A stretch of DNA of 64,000 bases from Armatimonadota bacterium. GTDB taxonomy: Bacteria; Armatimonadota; SYMT01. The position numbers were made by a program, and so were the translations under genes. The notes beneath the pieces were generated by a model. It had not been told where the DNA came from and searched no databases. It was given only the letters and a program-made list of their open reading frames with translations. Of this stretch, positions 41,070 through 50,182 are shown piece by piece (positions within the stretch are counted from its first letter, which is position 1; each line of letters starts with the position of its first letter). Location of the stretch: the NCBI GenBank assembly GCA_046292385.1, contig JBKBRF010000007.1, forward strand, positions 112,738-176,737, written 5' to 3'.

Positions 41070-41534
41070 ATGCGTGAGCTGTCGGCCGTAACCCGGGGCC
41101 TCACCGCGAAGGCGATGGAGGCGGTGCTGCACGGACAGATGGAATCGGTGCTGCTCCAGCAGAGCCGCGTGGCGCCGGAGCACCTGCTGCTCGGCCTGCT
41201 GCGGGTTCCCGAGGCGATCGCGCTGCGGCTGCTGGGAGAGCTCGGCGCCGACCCGGAGCGGGTCCGGGCGCTCCTGCAGGCGCGGCTGGCCGTGGGCAGT
41301 GGCCCGATCGACGTCGACGGGTTGGCGCAGCTCCACCTCACCGCGGCGGCGCAGCGAGTGCTCGAGATCGCCCGCGCGGAAGCGGAAGGGCTGGCGTGCC
41401 CCCACGTCAGCACGCCGTACCTGCTGCTGGGACTGCTGCAGGTGGAGGACTCCGTCGCAGGCGAGGTGCTCCGCGACTTCGGCGTCACGCCGGAGCGGGT
41501 CCGCTCCCTGGTTCAGGCGAATCCGCGGGAGTGA
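41070..41534 (+). CDS. Stand-alone Clp protease N-terminal domain protein
   Basis: PEHLLLGLL and TPYLLLGLL repeats. Confidence 0.88.
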   Translation: MRELSAVTRGLTAKAMEAVLHGQMESVLLQQSRVAPEHLLLGLLRVPEAIALRLLGELGADPERVRALLQARLAVGSGPIDVDGLAQLHLTAAAQRVLEIARAEAEGLACPHVSTPYLLLGLLQVEDSVAGEVLRDFGVTPERVRSLVQANPRE

Positions 41535-41556
41535 GCGAAGAGACGGACGTAAGTCG

Positions 41557-41886
41557 ATGACTTCCTGCCAGGTGGAGGTGCGGATTCTCGCGCCGGGCAC
41601 GCACGCCGAGAGCATTCAGGAGCGGCTGGGCGACTCGGTGAAATGGGATGGCGCGGACATGGTCTATCGGTCCCGCCTGATCGACGTCGCGTCGGCCAGC
41701 GACCACCTGAAGTGGCTCTACGGGGTGCTGGAGCCGCACCGGAAGTTCTTCCGGCAGCTGGAAGGGTTCGGGATCACGGCGGTGATCCGCATCGAGATTC
41801 ACAGCCGCTCCTGCGTGCTGGAGCCGGAAGCGCTGCTGCTGGCGCACCAGTTTCATCTGCGGACGGAAATCCATTTACGACGCTGA
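41557..41886 (+). CDS. Hypothetical protein (loosely DUF4279-like)
   Basis: SDHLKWLYGVLEPH.. pattern; co-oriented and tightly spaced with neighbours. Confidence 0.55.
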   Translation: MTSCQVEVRILAPGTHAESIQERLGDSVKWDGADMVYRSRLIDVASASDHLKWLYGVLEPHRKFFRQLEGFGITAVIRIEIHSRSCVLEPEALLLAHQFHLRTEIHLRR

Positions 41887-41898
41887 GGAGGCGCTCGC

Positions 41899-42480
41899 AT
41901 GAAAGGCTTCCTGTTACTCCTGGCCTGCGCGCTGCTGACGGCGCCCGCCCTGGTTCCGGCGGAGACCCGGCCGAGTCCGGCGACGCTGAAGCTGGGGCCG
42001 GAGCGGCCGGTCGTGGCGATCTGGCGCGATAGTGAAGGACGGCAGTCCGGCGCGCCGTACCTGCGGATCGCGATCTGGGGCGATGGGCGAGTCCTCTTCG
42101 CCGCCGACCCGCAGCGCTGGGGGCATTCGCTGCGGGAGGGGAAGCTCTCCCGCGAAGAGGTTTCGCGCCTGCGGAAAGAGATCGCGAAGACCGGCGTCTT
42201 CTCGCTGACCGGTACGGCTTACCTCGTGCCGGACGCGCCGGTCGACTGCGTGGCGCTCGACTTCGGCAAGCGGAAGCAGATGCTCTACTGGGACGAGGTG
42301 GAGACGCCGAATTACGGGATCAACATCGATCCCAAGCCGCACCACCGGAAGTTCAAAGAGACCTGGAAGGCGGTGAACCGCCTGGCGCTGGCCGCGCGAC
42401 CGAAGCAGTCGCGCCCGGTGAGCGGCCGGTTTGACCCGCCGCGGGAATGGCGGCTGAAGCCGGCGATTCAATCTGAATGA
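41899..42480 (+). CDS. Secreted hypothetical protein
   Basis: GAGGAGG SD, signal peptide, IAIWGDGRV..PDAP. Confidence 0.75.
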   Translation: MKGFLLLLACALLTAPALVPAETRPSPATLKLGPERPVVAIWRDSEGRQSGAPYLRIAIWGDGRVLFAADPQRWGHSLREGKLSREEVSRLRKEIAKTGVFSLTGTAYLVPDAPVDCVALDFGKRKQMLYWDEVETPNYGINIDPKPHHRKFKETWKAVNRLALAARPKQSRPVSGRFDPPREWRLKPAIQSE

Positions 42481-42515
42481 TCTACCGGTAGAGACGCGCT
42501 GTATGGGAGGGGTTG

Positions 42516-42863
42516 ATGAGAGGCTCGCACTTTCCGGATGACGAGAATGGCCGGGTGCTCCGCGCGATAGCGGAACAGGGGGTCGATCTCACGATCCCGC
42601 GGGACGTGGAGTTCGCGCACCTGTTCCCGGGTGAGACGGAGGCGGGAGCGTTCGCGCGGCAGGCAGCGTCTCTTGGTTACCGGACGGAGATCTACGAGCC
42701 GGATGAGGAAGCCCTGGAGGAGGGCGTCACCGACTGGGACGTGATCTGTACCCGCCGGATGGTGCCGACTCATCCGGAGATCTCCCGCACGGAAGCAGAA
42801 CTGGCCGCTATTGCCCAGCAGTGCGGGGGGCAGGAGGACGGCTGGGGCTTCTTGAGCGACTGA
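42516..42863 (+). CDS. RraB-like (ribonuclease E inhibitor B fold) protein
   Basis: DENGRVL..GVDLTIPRDVEFAHLF..GGQEDGWG. Confidence 0.85.
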   Translation: MRGSHFPDDENGRVLRAIAEQGVDLTIPRDVEFAHLFPGETEAGAFARQAASLGYRTEIYEPDEEALEEGVTDWDVICTRRMVPTHPEISRTEAELAAIAQQCGGQEDGWGFLSD

Positions 42864-43129
42864 AGCGGCGTGCTCCGCCGCGGCCTGCCGCGTTCCCGCA
42901 GCGGCGGTCCGGGGCACGCTTCCGGGGTAGAGGTGGCCCGCTCCGGACAGTGGAACTCAACCTTAGATCGAGCGGCATGCGAGACGTGCCCGGTGCGTGG
43001 GTGGTTGGGAAACGCGGCAGGACCCGTGGCTGCCGCTCACCTCGTCGCGAAACCGCTCAACGCGGACATCCTCCGGTCACTCCTCGCCGCTTGAGTAACT
43101 GGCCGGGCTCGAGCCGTAGCGAACGCCAC

Positions 43130-43657
43130 ATGGAAGCGGTCAAGATCATCCTGCTGAGCATCCTGGCGGCGATCCTATATGGAATTGCGCAGGACCAGGT
43201 GACCGCGCGGGTCTGCGTGGAGTACTTCACCGTCGGCCATCGGGACGTCTTCGGCACCGACTCGCCCACGCTGCTCGCCTTCGGCTGGGGCGTGCTGGCG
43301 ACCTGGTGGGCCGGCCTCCTGATGGGCCTGCCGCTGGCGGTCGCCGCCCGCGTGGGTCCGTACCCGAAGCGGACTGTCGGGGAGCTGATCCCCACCGTGG
43401 GCCGGCTGCTGCTCGGCATCGGCGCGGCGGCCGCGGTTTGCGGGGTGCTCGGCTACTTCGCTGCCCGGGCCGGTCTCCTCCAGCTCAACCCGTGGCTGGC
43501 GAGCGAGATCCCGGCCGAACGGCACGCGCTCTTCCTCGCGGACGGCTCCGCGCATTCCGCGGCGTACGCCGCGGGGTTTCTCGGCGGGGCGGTCGTCTGC
43601 CTCCGCACCTGGCGCGGTCGGCTGAAGGCTGCCGCCGTAAAGGGGTGCTCCCCATGA
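43130..43657 (+). CDS. Membrane hypothetical protein
   Basis: YGIAQDQVTARVCVEYFTVGH..WGVLATWWAG; about four TM segments. Confidence 0.8.
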   Translation: MEAVKIILLSILAAILYGIAQDQVTARVCVEYFTVGHRDVFGTDSPTLLAFGWGVLATWWAGLLMGLPLAVAARVGPYPKRTVGELIPTVGRLLLGIGAAAAVCGVLGYFAARAGLLQLNPWLASEIPAERHALFLADGSAHSAAYAAGFLGGAVVCLRTWRGRLKAAAVKGCSP

Positions 43658-44400
43658 CCACTGCACGCAGAAAACTCGACTGGCAGGCGCTGTGCGACCT
43701 GGATCGCGACGGCTGGCTGGGAGAGCCGGTCCGCCGGGCGCGGTTCCTGGAGCTGTACGAGGCCGAGGTCGGCGGCAACCGGCTCTACGAGGCGGACGTG
43801 GGGGACGCCTGGGGGTTCGAGAGCCGATTGACCTGGAACCAGATGCTGAGCCGCGACTATGCCGCCGCTGCGGCGGAGCTCGACCGGTTCTTCCGGCACC
43901 CGGACATTGAACGGCTCGACTGGCGCTACCGAATTCCGCTGCAGTGTGAGCGCGCGCTTTGCGACCTGGGCCAGGGGCGCGAGGCGGAGGCGCTGGCCGC
44001 GCTTCGGGAGATCATCGCCTCGGGTTCCCGCGAGCAGCAGGTGATGGCGGCGGCGATAACGCGGACGGAGTTGTTCCCGGGCGGGCTCTGTCCGGTGCTG
44101 GAGCGGGAGGGGTTCGCCTCGGAGGACCTCACGCGGTTCGTGGGGGAGATCGCCCTGCTCCACCCCCATCGCCGCCGCGCGGCCCGGAAACGGCCCCTGA
44201 CGCCGCGGCGCGCCACCTACGCCCGCCTCCGCCGCCACCTCGGCTACGAGCCGCCGCCCCCGCTCGCCCCCACCCTTACCCGCGAGGAGCTGACCGCGGA
44301 GGCGCGCGAGTCGGTCGAGGAGGTGCGGAAGGAGATGCAGCGGGAACGGCGCCGCGCCGCGCGGGGCCCCTCGCGGTTGAGCGGCCGCGAGGGCTCGTAG
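43654..44400 (+). CDS. Hypothetical helical (TPR-like) protein
   Basis: ATGA overlap with the upstream gene; DYAAAAAEL..LGQGREAEALAALR. Confidence 0.65.
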   Translation: MTTARRKLDWQALCDLDRDGWLGEPVRRARFLELYEAEVGGNRLYEADVGDAWGFESRLTWNQMLSRDYAAAAAELDRFFRHPDIERLDWRYRIPLQCERALCDLGQGREAEALAALREIIASGSREQQVMAAAITRTELFPGGLCPVLEREGFASEDLTRFVGEIALLHPHRRRAARKRPLTPRRATYARLRRHLGYEPPPPLAPTLTREELTAEARESVEEVRKEMQRERRRAARGPSRLSGREGS

Positions 44401-44425
44401 CGCGGCACTCCGGGAGGGATTCAGA

Positions 44426-44836
44426 ATGACGGAAGACCCGAGCGAGCTGATGGAAGGCACGGAGAAGCTGCGGGCGCTCTACGGTTCCTGGATCAGCTTC
44501 CACGACGCGGTGGTGGAGAGTGTGCTGCTGGAGCGGGTCGGCCCGACGGTCACCATCCGGTTCATCACCAACGACGCCGTCTCCACGGACGGCGGCCAGA
44601 CCGCCGACCTGGCTAACACTCGCCGTGCCTCGGTGGTGATGCGCTGGCACGAGGTCCGCGACCTGGTGCTCTCAGGCGTCGACTGGGACGAGAACAACTG
44701 GATCGACGGCCTGAAATTCGTCCGCAGCCGCGACACGATCTGCACCCTGATCGAGCGGATGGACGGCACCCACGGCTTCATCCAGGCCGAACGGGTGGAA
44801 GTGGTGAGCGCGGAGCTGCTGGAATGCTCGCAATAG
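44426..44836 (+). CDS. Imm50-like immunity protein
   Basis: LYGSWISFHDAVVESV..ENNWIDGL resembles Imm50 (WPSFHDAE..NxQNV). Confidence 0.7.
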   Translation: MTEDPSELMEGTEKLRALYGSWISFHDAVVESVLLERVGPTVTIRFITNDAVSTDGGQTADLANTRRASVVMRWHEVRDLVLSGVDWDENNWIDGLKFVRSRDTICTLIERMDGTHGFIQAERVEVVSAELLECSQ

Positions 44837-44865
44837 CGGCTCCGCGGCACCTCGGGAGTGGCTCG

Positions 44866-44899
44866 GAAACGAAAGCGGCCTGCCGGAGTGGCAGGCCGC
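44866..44899 (-). terminator. Intrinsic terminator downstream of the tRNA
   Basis: Stem GCGGCCTGCC/GGCAGGCCGC (44875-44899) followed on the minus strand by TTTCGTTTC. Confidence 0.75.
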
Positions 44900-44907
44900 A
44901 TCGGAGA

Positions 44908-44981
44908 CGCTCGCGGAGGGATTCGAACCCCCGACACCCGGTTCCGAAGACCGGTGCTCTAATCCACTGAGCTACGCGAGC
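44908..44981 (-). tRNA. tRNA-Arg (anticodon UCG), CCA not encoded
   Basis: GCTCGCG acceptor stem, TAGCTCAGTGGATTAGAGC D arm, CCGGT-CTTCGGA-ACCGG anticodon arm, GGTTCGAATCC T arm. Confidence 0.95.
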
Positions 44982-45306
44982 CGGACTGCGCCATTCTAGC
45001 AGAAGCTCCTCCGCGACGGAAGAGGCGGGAGTCACGCTGGCCGGGGAGAGAACGACGAACGCTCCCATGTAGCCGGGTAGTCAAACGGGGTCCGCAAAGC
45101 CGCGCGGCACTGGAAGTACCTCGCTACTCGGCCTTCGGCCACGCGTCCTCCGGACGCCCGAGCTGACGGGAGGCTGCCCGATGGCGAGTCGGCATTGCCA
45201 ACAGATCGGCTCCCTGATTCTCGCAAAGCCAATCCCACGGCCGCCGGAGCGCAAGCGCAGGCGGTCACCTGTGCCGCCCCCGAGCCGCGGGGGCGGAGCT
45301 CGAAGG

Positions 45307-45460
45307 GACGCGGAGGCGCCCGTGAGTCGACCTATCGTACTGGAATAGAGACCGGTCGCGGTGCGCAGGCCTTCGGGGCGCACTTTCGGAGGGCTCCGTT
45401 AGCCCGAAAGGGCGTCGGAGGAGCCCGGAGGGCCGTCACGCGGGAGGGCGCCTCCGCGTC
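45307..45460. other. Structured intergenic element closed by a perfect 15-bp inverted repeat
   Basis: GACGCGGAGGCGCCC / GGGCGCCTCCGCGTC enclosing GTGCGC..GCGCAC, GGGCTCC..GGAGCCC and GCCC-GAAA-GGGC stems. Confidence 0.55.
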
Positions 45461-45517
45461 ACCAGGGCTGGGGGTGGAACCCCGGGGATGGGAGACGTCT
45501 CCCGCGAAGCGAAAGCC

Positions 45518-46579
45518 CTACAACTCCGGCAGCGCCGTTCGCCGCTCCTCCGCGGCGAGGAAGTCCCGCAGCAGGCCGGGCTGCGGGCCGCGCCCCGCGA
45601 GGCCGAAGTAGGCGACCAGCCCCACGGCGGTGAGCGCGGCGAAGAGCAGCTTGGCCCACGGCGGGATGAAGGCGGGCGGGGTGATGAAGCCCTCGATCAG
45701 GCCGGCGACCACCAGCATGGCGGCGGCGCCGAGCACCAGCAGCACCGCCAGGCGGCCCCGCTCCACCAGCGCGTCGCGGCGGGTGCGGCCGCCGGGGGCG
45801 AGCAGCGCGGAGGCGAGCAGGAACCCGGCGCCGCCCATGACGCAGATGGCGGTGATCTCGATGATGCCGTGCGGGAGGATGAGCGACCAGAAGACGAGGG
45901 CGGTGCGGGGTCCGCTCATCGCCTGGCCCAGGATGCCGAGCATCAGCCCGTTGTAGAGCATCGCGTAGAAGGTGCCGAGCCCCAGCAGCAGCCCGCCGGC
46001 GAAGGCCAGGAAGCCGACGGCGATATTGTTGAGCATGATCTGCGTGCTCTGGTCGGTCATCTCCTGCGGGCCGATGTCGTGCCCGGTCCGGTCGCTCCAC
46101 TGCTGCTGGAGCAGCGGGAACTGCTTCACCAGCTCCGGCGGGAGCATGTAGTAGCTGCCGGTGGGGTCGCGCCGGTTTACCTCCCACCCGAAGGCGGCGG
46201 CGCCGAAGAAGAGCAGGGCGGCGAGCGCGATGTACTTCCAGGAGTGGCGGAAGAGGCGAGGGAAGTCGATCCAGAGAAAGGTAAGGAGGTCCCGGCCCTG
46301 GAAGCGGCGCGAGCCGTAGACCTGCGCGTAGGCGCGGGCGACCAGGTCGTTCAGATACTGCAGGATCTCCGCGTTGGCGGTCTTGGCCCGCGCGGTGACG
46401 AGGTCGGACGACGCGCGGCGGTAGAGCACGCCGAACTCGCGCACCTCCGGCGCGGAGAGGCTGCGCAGCCCCTGGCTCTCCGCCTGCTGAAGCAGCAGCT
46501 CCAGCCGCTTCCAGCCGGGCTGGCGGCGGGCGAGGAACTGGTTGAGATCCGCCTTACGCGCGGGGGGCAACGGGATCAC
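45518..46579 (-). CDS. SpoIIM (DUF95) family membrane protein
   Basis: LYRRASSDL, IMLNNIAV, ILPHGIIEI, AGLIEGFITP. Confidence 0.92.
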   Translation of the reverse strand: MIPLPPARKADLNQFLARRQPGWKRLELLLQQAESQGLRSLSAPEVREFGVLYRRASSDLVTARAKTANAEILQYLNDLVARAYAQVYGSRRFQGRDLLTFLWIDFPRLFRHSWKYIALAALLFFGAAAFGWEVNRRDPTGSYYMLPPELVKQFPLLQQQWSDRTGHDIGPQEMTDQSTQIMLNNIAVGFLAFAGGLLLGLGTFYAMLYNGLMLGILGQAMSGPRTALVFWSLILPHGIIEITAICVMGGAGFLLASALLAPGGRTRRDALVERGRLAVLLVLGAAAMLVVAGLIEGFITPPAFIPPWAKLLFAALTAVGLVAYFGLAGRGPQPGLLRDFLAAEERRTALPEL

Positions 46580-46616
46580 CTCCGATTGGGGAGCAGGTCA
46601 GGGAGAACGGGGCCGG

Positions 46617-47420
46617 ATGATCGAAGAGCACCGGGTGCTGACGCCGGAGAGCGTGGAATTCGTCTATGAAGTGGGCGGCCTCGGCAGCCGCATGCTCGCC
46701 GCCGCCATCGACCACCTGCTGCTCCTGGCAGCGATGATCATGGTGGTGATCGGCTCCGCGTTCGGCGGTATCCCGTCGGTCGGCATCATGTTCGCCATGT
46801 TCGGCGTCTACTTCGGCTACTTCACCTACTTCGAGTGGAAGTGGAACGGACAGACCCCCGGCAAACGGGCGCTCGACCTGCGGGTCATCGACGACCGCGG
46901 TATGAACATCGATCTGTTCCAGGCAATCGTCCGCAATCTCCTCCGCCTTGTCGACCTGATGCCCTCCCTCCTGCCGTTCGGATACCTGGTGGTCGGCCTC
47001 TACGGTATCGGCGGCGTCACCGCGCTGGTGAGCCCCGGGCGCAAGCGGCTGGGCGACTGGGCCGCCGGGACGCTGGTGGTGCGGACCCGCACCCGCGTGC
47101 TGCCGGAGGCGGTCCTGGCGCCGGGAGACAAGTACAATACGCTGCAGGACGACCCGGTGGTCCGCCTGCGTATCCGCGGCCGCCTCACGCTGGAGGAGCG
47201 GGAGATGCTGCTGCAGCTCTGCCTCCGGCGGGACGAGCTGGAGCTGGAAGCGCGGCAGCGGCTCTTCGCGGAGGCGGCGGAGTACCTGGAGACGCGGCTG
47301 GAGCTGACGCGGGACGCGTACCTGAGCGAGGAGAAGTTCGTGCAGAACATCACCGCCGTGGCGCTGGCGGAGAGCGACTCCCGCAAGGGTCTCGGCGCGC
47401 GGGCGCTGAGCCGCCGGTAG
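46617..47420 (+). CDS. RDD family protein
   Basis: TPESV..GSRMLAAAID..GQTPGKR..RLGDWAAGTLVV. Confidence 0.93.
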   Translation: MIEEHRVLTPESVEFVYEVGGLGSRMLAAAIDHLLLLAAMIMVVIGSAFGGIPSVGIMFAMFGVYFGYFTYFEWKWNGQTPGKRALDLRVIDDRGMNIDLFQAIVRNLLRLVDLMPSLLPFGYLVVGLYGIGGVTALVSPGRKRLGDWAAGTLVVRTRTRVLPEAVLAPGDKYNTLQDDPVVRLRIRGRLTLEEREMLLQLCLRRDELELEARQRLFAEAAEYLETRLELTRDAYLSEEKFVQNITAVALAESDSRKGLGARALSRR

Positions 47421-47445
47421 CGCGGATGTGGAGGGAGTAAGCGAA

Positions 47446-47952
47446 GTGGAGCGGACGAGCGCGGTGACAGCCGATTACCGGAGACCCGAAGCCCCAGCGC
47501 GGCTGCCGTTGGGCCTGCCGGTGGTGCTGCAGATGGTCCGCTCCCGGGCCGCGTCCGCGGCGGCGCTGGCGGTGGTCGCCGCGTCGCTGCTCCTGCCGCC
47601 GGACGGGCTCGGCATCCCGCTCTGCGGCTTTCTCGCCACCACTCGTCTGCCGTGCGTCGGCTGCGGCCTCACCCGCTCGTTCATCGCGCTCGCGCACCTC
47701 GACTTCCCCCGCGCGGCCGCGTTCCACCCATTCGCCTTCGTGCTGCTCCCGCTCGCCTTCATACTGGCGCTGCTCCTGCCGCTCCCGGTCCCGTCGAGAG
47801 AGCGCCTCGCTGCCCGCATGCTGGCCCGCCGCGGCTGGCTCACCGCCGCCACCTGGCTCGTGGTCGGGTCGTTCCTCCTCTTCGGCGCAGGGCGCCTCGG
47901 GTACTGCGCCTGGCTGCTCTGGCAAGGGCGCCCGCTGCCGGTGGCGTGGTAG
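47446..47952 (+). CDS. DUF2752 domain membrane protein
   Basis: LC....TRLPCVGCGLTRSF..AFHP; start uncertain. Confidence 0.85.
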   Translation: MERTSAVTADYRRPEAPARLPLGLPVVLQMVRSRAASAAALAVVAASLLLPPDGLGIPLCGFLATTRLPCVGCGLTRSFIALAHLDFPRAAAFHPFAFVLLPLAFILALLLPLPVPSRERLAARMLARRGWLTAATWLVVGSFLLFGAGRLGYCAWLLWQGRPLPVAW

Positions 47953-47968
47953 CCGGGTCGGGTACTGC

Positions 47969-48015
47969 ACTCCTACTCCTACTCCTAACTCCTACTCCTA
48001 CTCGTTCTCCTACTC
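47969..48015. repeat. (ACTCCT)n hexamer tandem repeat
   Basis: actcctactcctactcctaactcctactcctactcgttctcctactc. Confidence 0.85.
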
Positions 48016-48130
48016 ATTCTCAGAGGCTCGGCGAAGCAGGACCCTGCCAGCGGCGCGAGCGGCTCCGGTGGAGAGGATACGGGGAAACAGCCCCATCCTT
48101 GCAGGAAGATCCACTCCCTGGCGTGAACAG

Positions 48131-48165
48131 ATGAACACGCGTTGATATGAACGCTTGCTGTTGAT
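48131..48165 (+). promoter_or_regulatory. Candidate ArsR/SmtB operator
   Basis: Two tandem imperfect palindromes ATGAAC-n-GTTGAT immediately upstream of the ArsR gene. Confidence 0.5.
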
Positions 48166-48176
48166 GGAGAAGCCGG

Positions 48177-48494
48177 ATGGTCGCAGCTCCCCGACCGGAA
48201 CAGGACTGTGCCCAGAAGCTGAAGGTACTGGCGGACCCGACCCGTCTCTCCGTGCTGGAGATCCTGGGTGAGGGGCCGATGCACGTCGGCGAGATGAACC
48301 AGGTGCTCCACCTGGAGCAGAGCCTGCTCTCCCACCACCTGAAGGTGCTCCGGGAGGCGGGGCTGGTGGAGGCGGTGCGCGACGGCAAGGCGGTGCTCTA
48401 CCGCCGTACCGACGCGGAAGAGGCGGGCGCCGGGGCGATCGATCTCGGGTGTTGCCGGCTGGAGTTCCCCGGCCGGGACCCCTCCGATGCGTAG
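48177..48494 (+). CDS. ArsR/SmtB family regulator with C-terminal vicinal Cys (DLGCC)
   Basis: LKVLADPTRL..QSLLSHHLKVLREAGLV..RDGK. Confidence 0.92.
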   Translation: MVAAPRPEQDCAQKLKVLADPTRLSVLEILGEGPMHVGEMNQVLHLEQSLLSHHLKVLREAGLVEAVRDGKAVLYRRTDAEEAGAGAIDLGCCRLEFPGRDPSDA

Positions 48495-49329
48495 CCGCCT
48501 CTTGACCCTGCTCCTGGCGCCGCTCGCCCTGGCGGCGCTCTCCGGCTGCGGCGGCGCCGCCCGGGGGAGCACCGGCGATCGACTGGTCCTGACCGGCTCC
48601 AGCACCATCGCGCCGCTGGCGGCGGAGATCGCGAAGCGGTTCGAGGAGCGGAACCCGGGGGTGCGAGTCGACGTGCAGACCGGCGGCTCCTCCCGCGGGA
48701 TCAGCGACGCCCGGCAGGGCCTCGCGGACATCGGCATGGTCTCCCGCGCGCTCAAGCCGGAGGAGCGCGACCTCCAGGCGTTCCCGATCGCCCGCGACGG
48801 GATCTGCCTGATCGTCCACCGCGACAACCCGGTCCGCAGCCTGACCGACGAGCAGGTCCGCGCCCTCTTTACCGGAAAGGTCGACCGCTGGAGCGCGGTG
48901 GGCGGGGCGGAGGCTCCGGTCACCGTCGTCCACAAGGCGGAGGGGCGCTCGACCCTGGAGCTGTTCCTGGCCCACTACCGGCTGGAGAACCGGGAGATCG
49001 ACGCGGACGTGGTGATCGGCGACAACGAGCAGGGGATCAAGACGGTCGCCGGCAACCCGCACGCCGTCGGCTACGTCTCGATCGGCGCCGCGGAGCACCA
49101 CGTGCGGCAGGGCACCCCGCTCAAGCTGCTGGCGGTCGGCGGGGTAGAGCCAAGCTCCGAAAACGTTCGCCGCGGCGACTATCCGCTCTGCCGCCCCCTC
49201 CACCTGGTAACGCGGAGCGCGCCCGCGGGCACCGCGAAGGCGTTCCTCGACTTCGCGCGGTCGCCGGAGGTGCGAGACCTGGTGGAGCAGCAGTCGTTCG
49301 TGCCGCTGCCGGACGGGGATGCAGAGTAG
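48487..49329 (+). CDS. pstS: Phosphate ABC transporter substrate-binding lipoprotein
   Basis: Lipobox LSGC, TGSSTIAP, GGSSRG, DIGMVSR. Confidence 0.9.
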   Translation: MRSRLLTLLLAPLALAALSGCGGAARGSTGDRLVLTGSSTIAPLAAEIAKRFEERNPGVRVDVQTGGSSRGISDARQGLADIGMVSRALKPEERDLQAFPIARDGICLIVHRDNPVRSLTDEQVRALFTGKVDRWSAVGGAEAPVTVVHKAEGRSTLELFLAHYRLENREIDADVVIGDNEQGIKTVAGNPHAVGYVSIGAAEHHVRQGTPLKLLAVGGVEPSSENVRRGDYPLCRPLHLVTRSAPAGTAKAFLDFARSPEVRDLVEQQSFVPLPDGDAE

Positions 49330-50182
49330 CGTGCCGCGGCGGGCCGACCGGCTGCTCGTCCTCACGGCACGCGCCGCCGCGCTGATCTCCGCGGCGGTGC
49401 TGCTCTTCATGCTGCTCTTTCTCGCCCGGGAGGCGCTGCCGGCGCTGCGCTCTCCCGGGGTAGGGGCGTTCCTGACCGATCGCGCCTGGCATCCGACGGA
49501 GGGCGAGTACGGCATGCTGCCGATGGCGGCGGGGACGCTGCTCGCGATGGCGGGCGCGCTGCTGCTGGCAATTCCGCTCGGCGTGCTCTCGGCTCTCTTC
49601 TGCTGCTTCTACGCCCCGGCGCCGCTGGCGGGAATCTACCGCAGCCTGCTGGGGCTGCTCGCGGGGATCCCGTCGGTCGTCTTCGGCTTCTGGGGGCTCG
49701 TCACGCTGGTGCCGCTGCTCAACCAGGTGCAGCCTCCCGGCGCGAGCCTGCTGGCCGCCGCCCTGATCCTGGCGCTGATGGTGCTGCCGACCCTCGCCCT
49801 CACGGCGGAGGCGGGGCTCCGCGCCGTGCCGCGGGAGTACCTCGCCGCGGCGGCCGCGCTGGGGCTCTCCCGCCCGACCACGATCTACCGGGTGGCGCTG
49901 CCCGCCGCCCGCTCCAGCCTGGCAACCGCGGTGGTGCTCGCCGCCGGGCGCGCGCTCGGGGAGACGATGGCGGTGCTGATGGTCGCCGGAAACGTGGTCC
50001 AGGTGCCGCGGAGTCTCTTCGACCCGGTCCGCACCCTCACCGCCAACATCGCGCTGGAGATGGCGTACGCGACGAGCGCGCACCGCTCCGCGCTCTTCGT
50101 GAGCGGCCTGGCGTTGGCGCTGCTGGTGGGCGCGCTGGTGCTCGCCGCGGAGACGCTCTCCCGGAGGCCCGCCCGTGGTTAA
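49319..50182 (+). CDS. pstC: Phosphate ABC transporter permease
   Basis: LAGIPSVVFG, GRALGETMAV, RTLTANIALEM. Confidence 0.92.
   Translation: MQSSVPRRADRLLVLTARAAALISAAVLLFMLLFLAREALPALRSPGVGAFLTDRAWHPTEGEYGMLPMAAGTLLAMAGALLLAIPLGVLSALFCCFYAPAPLAGIYRSLLGLLAGIPSVVFGFWGLVTLVPLLNQVQPPGASLLAAALILALMVLPTLALTAEAGLRAVPREYLAAAAALGLSRPTTIYRVALPAARSSLATAVVLAAGRALGETMAVLMVAGNVVQVPRSLFDPVRTLTANIALEMAYATSAHRSALFVSGLALALLVGALVLAAETLSRRPARG

Noticed and set aside
41021..41077. 18-codon ORF MPELTIRELRAREVEIHA with a strong SD overlapping the Clp-N start
   Set aside because: Too short to judge; could be a gene remnant or chance.
41070..44836. Integron cassette array
   Set aside because: No recognisable attC sites or integrase; most spacers are too short.
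45040..45517. tmRNA, RNase P, tRNA-Sec or c-di-GMP riboswitch
   Set aside because: Diagnostic motifs (T-loop with CCA end, GAGGAAAGTCC, UCA anticodon arm) were not found on either strand.
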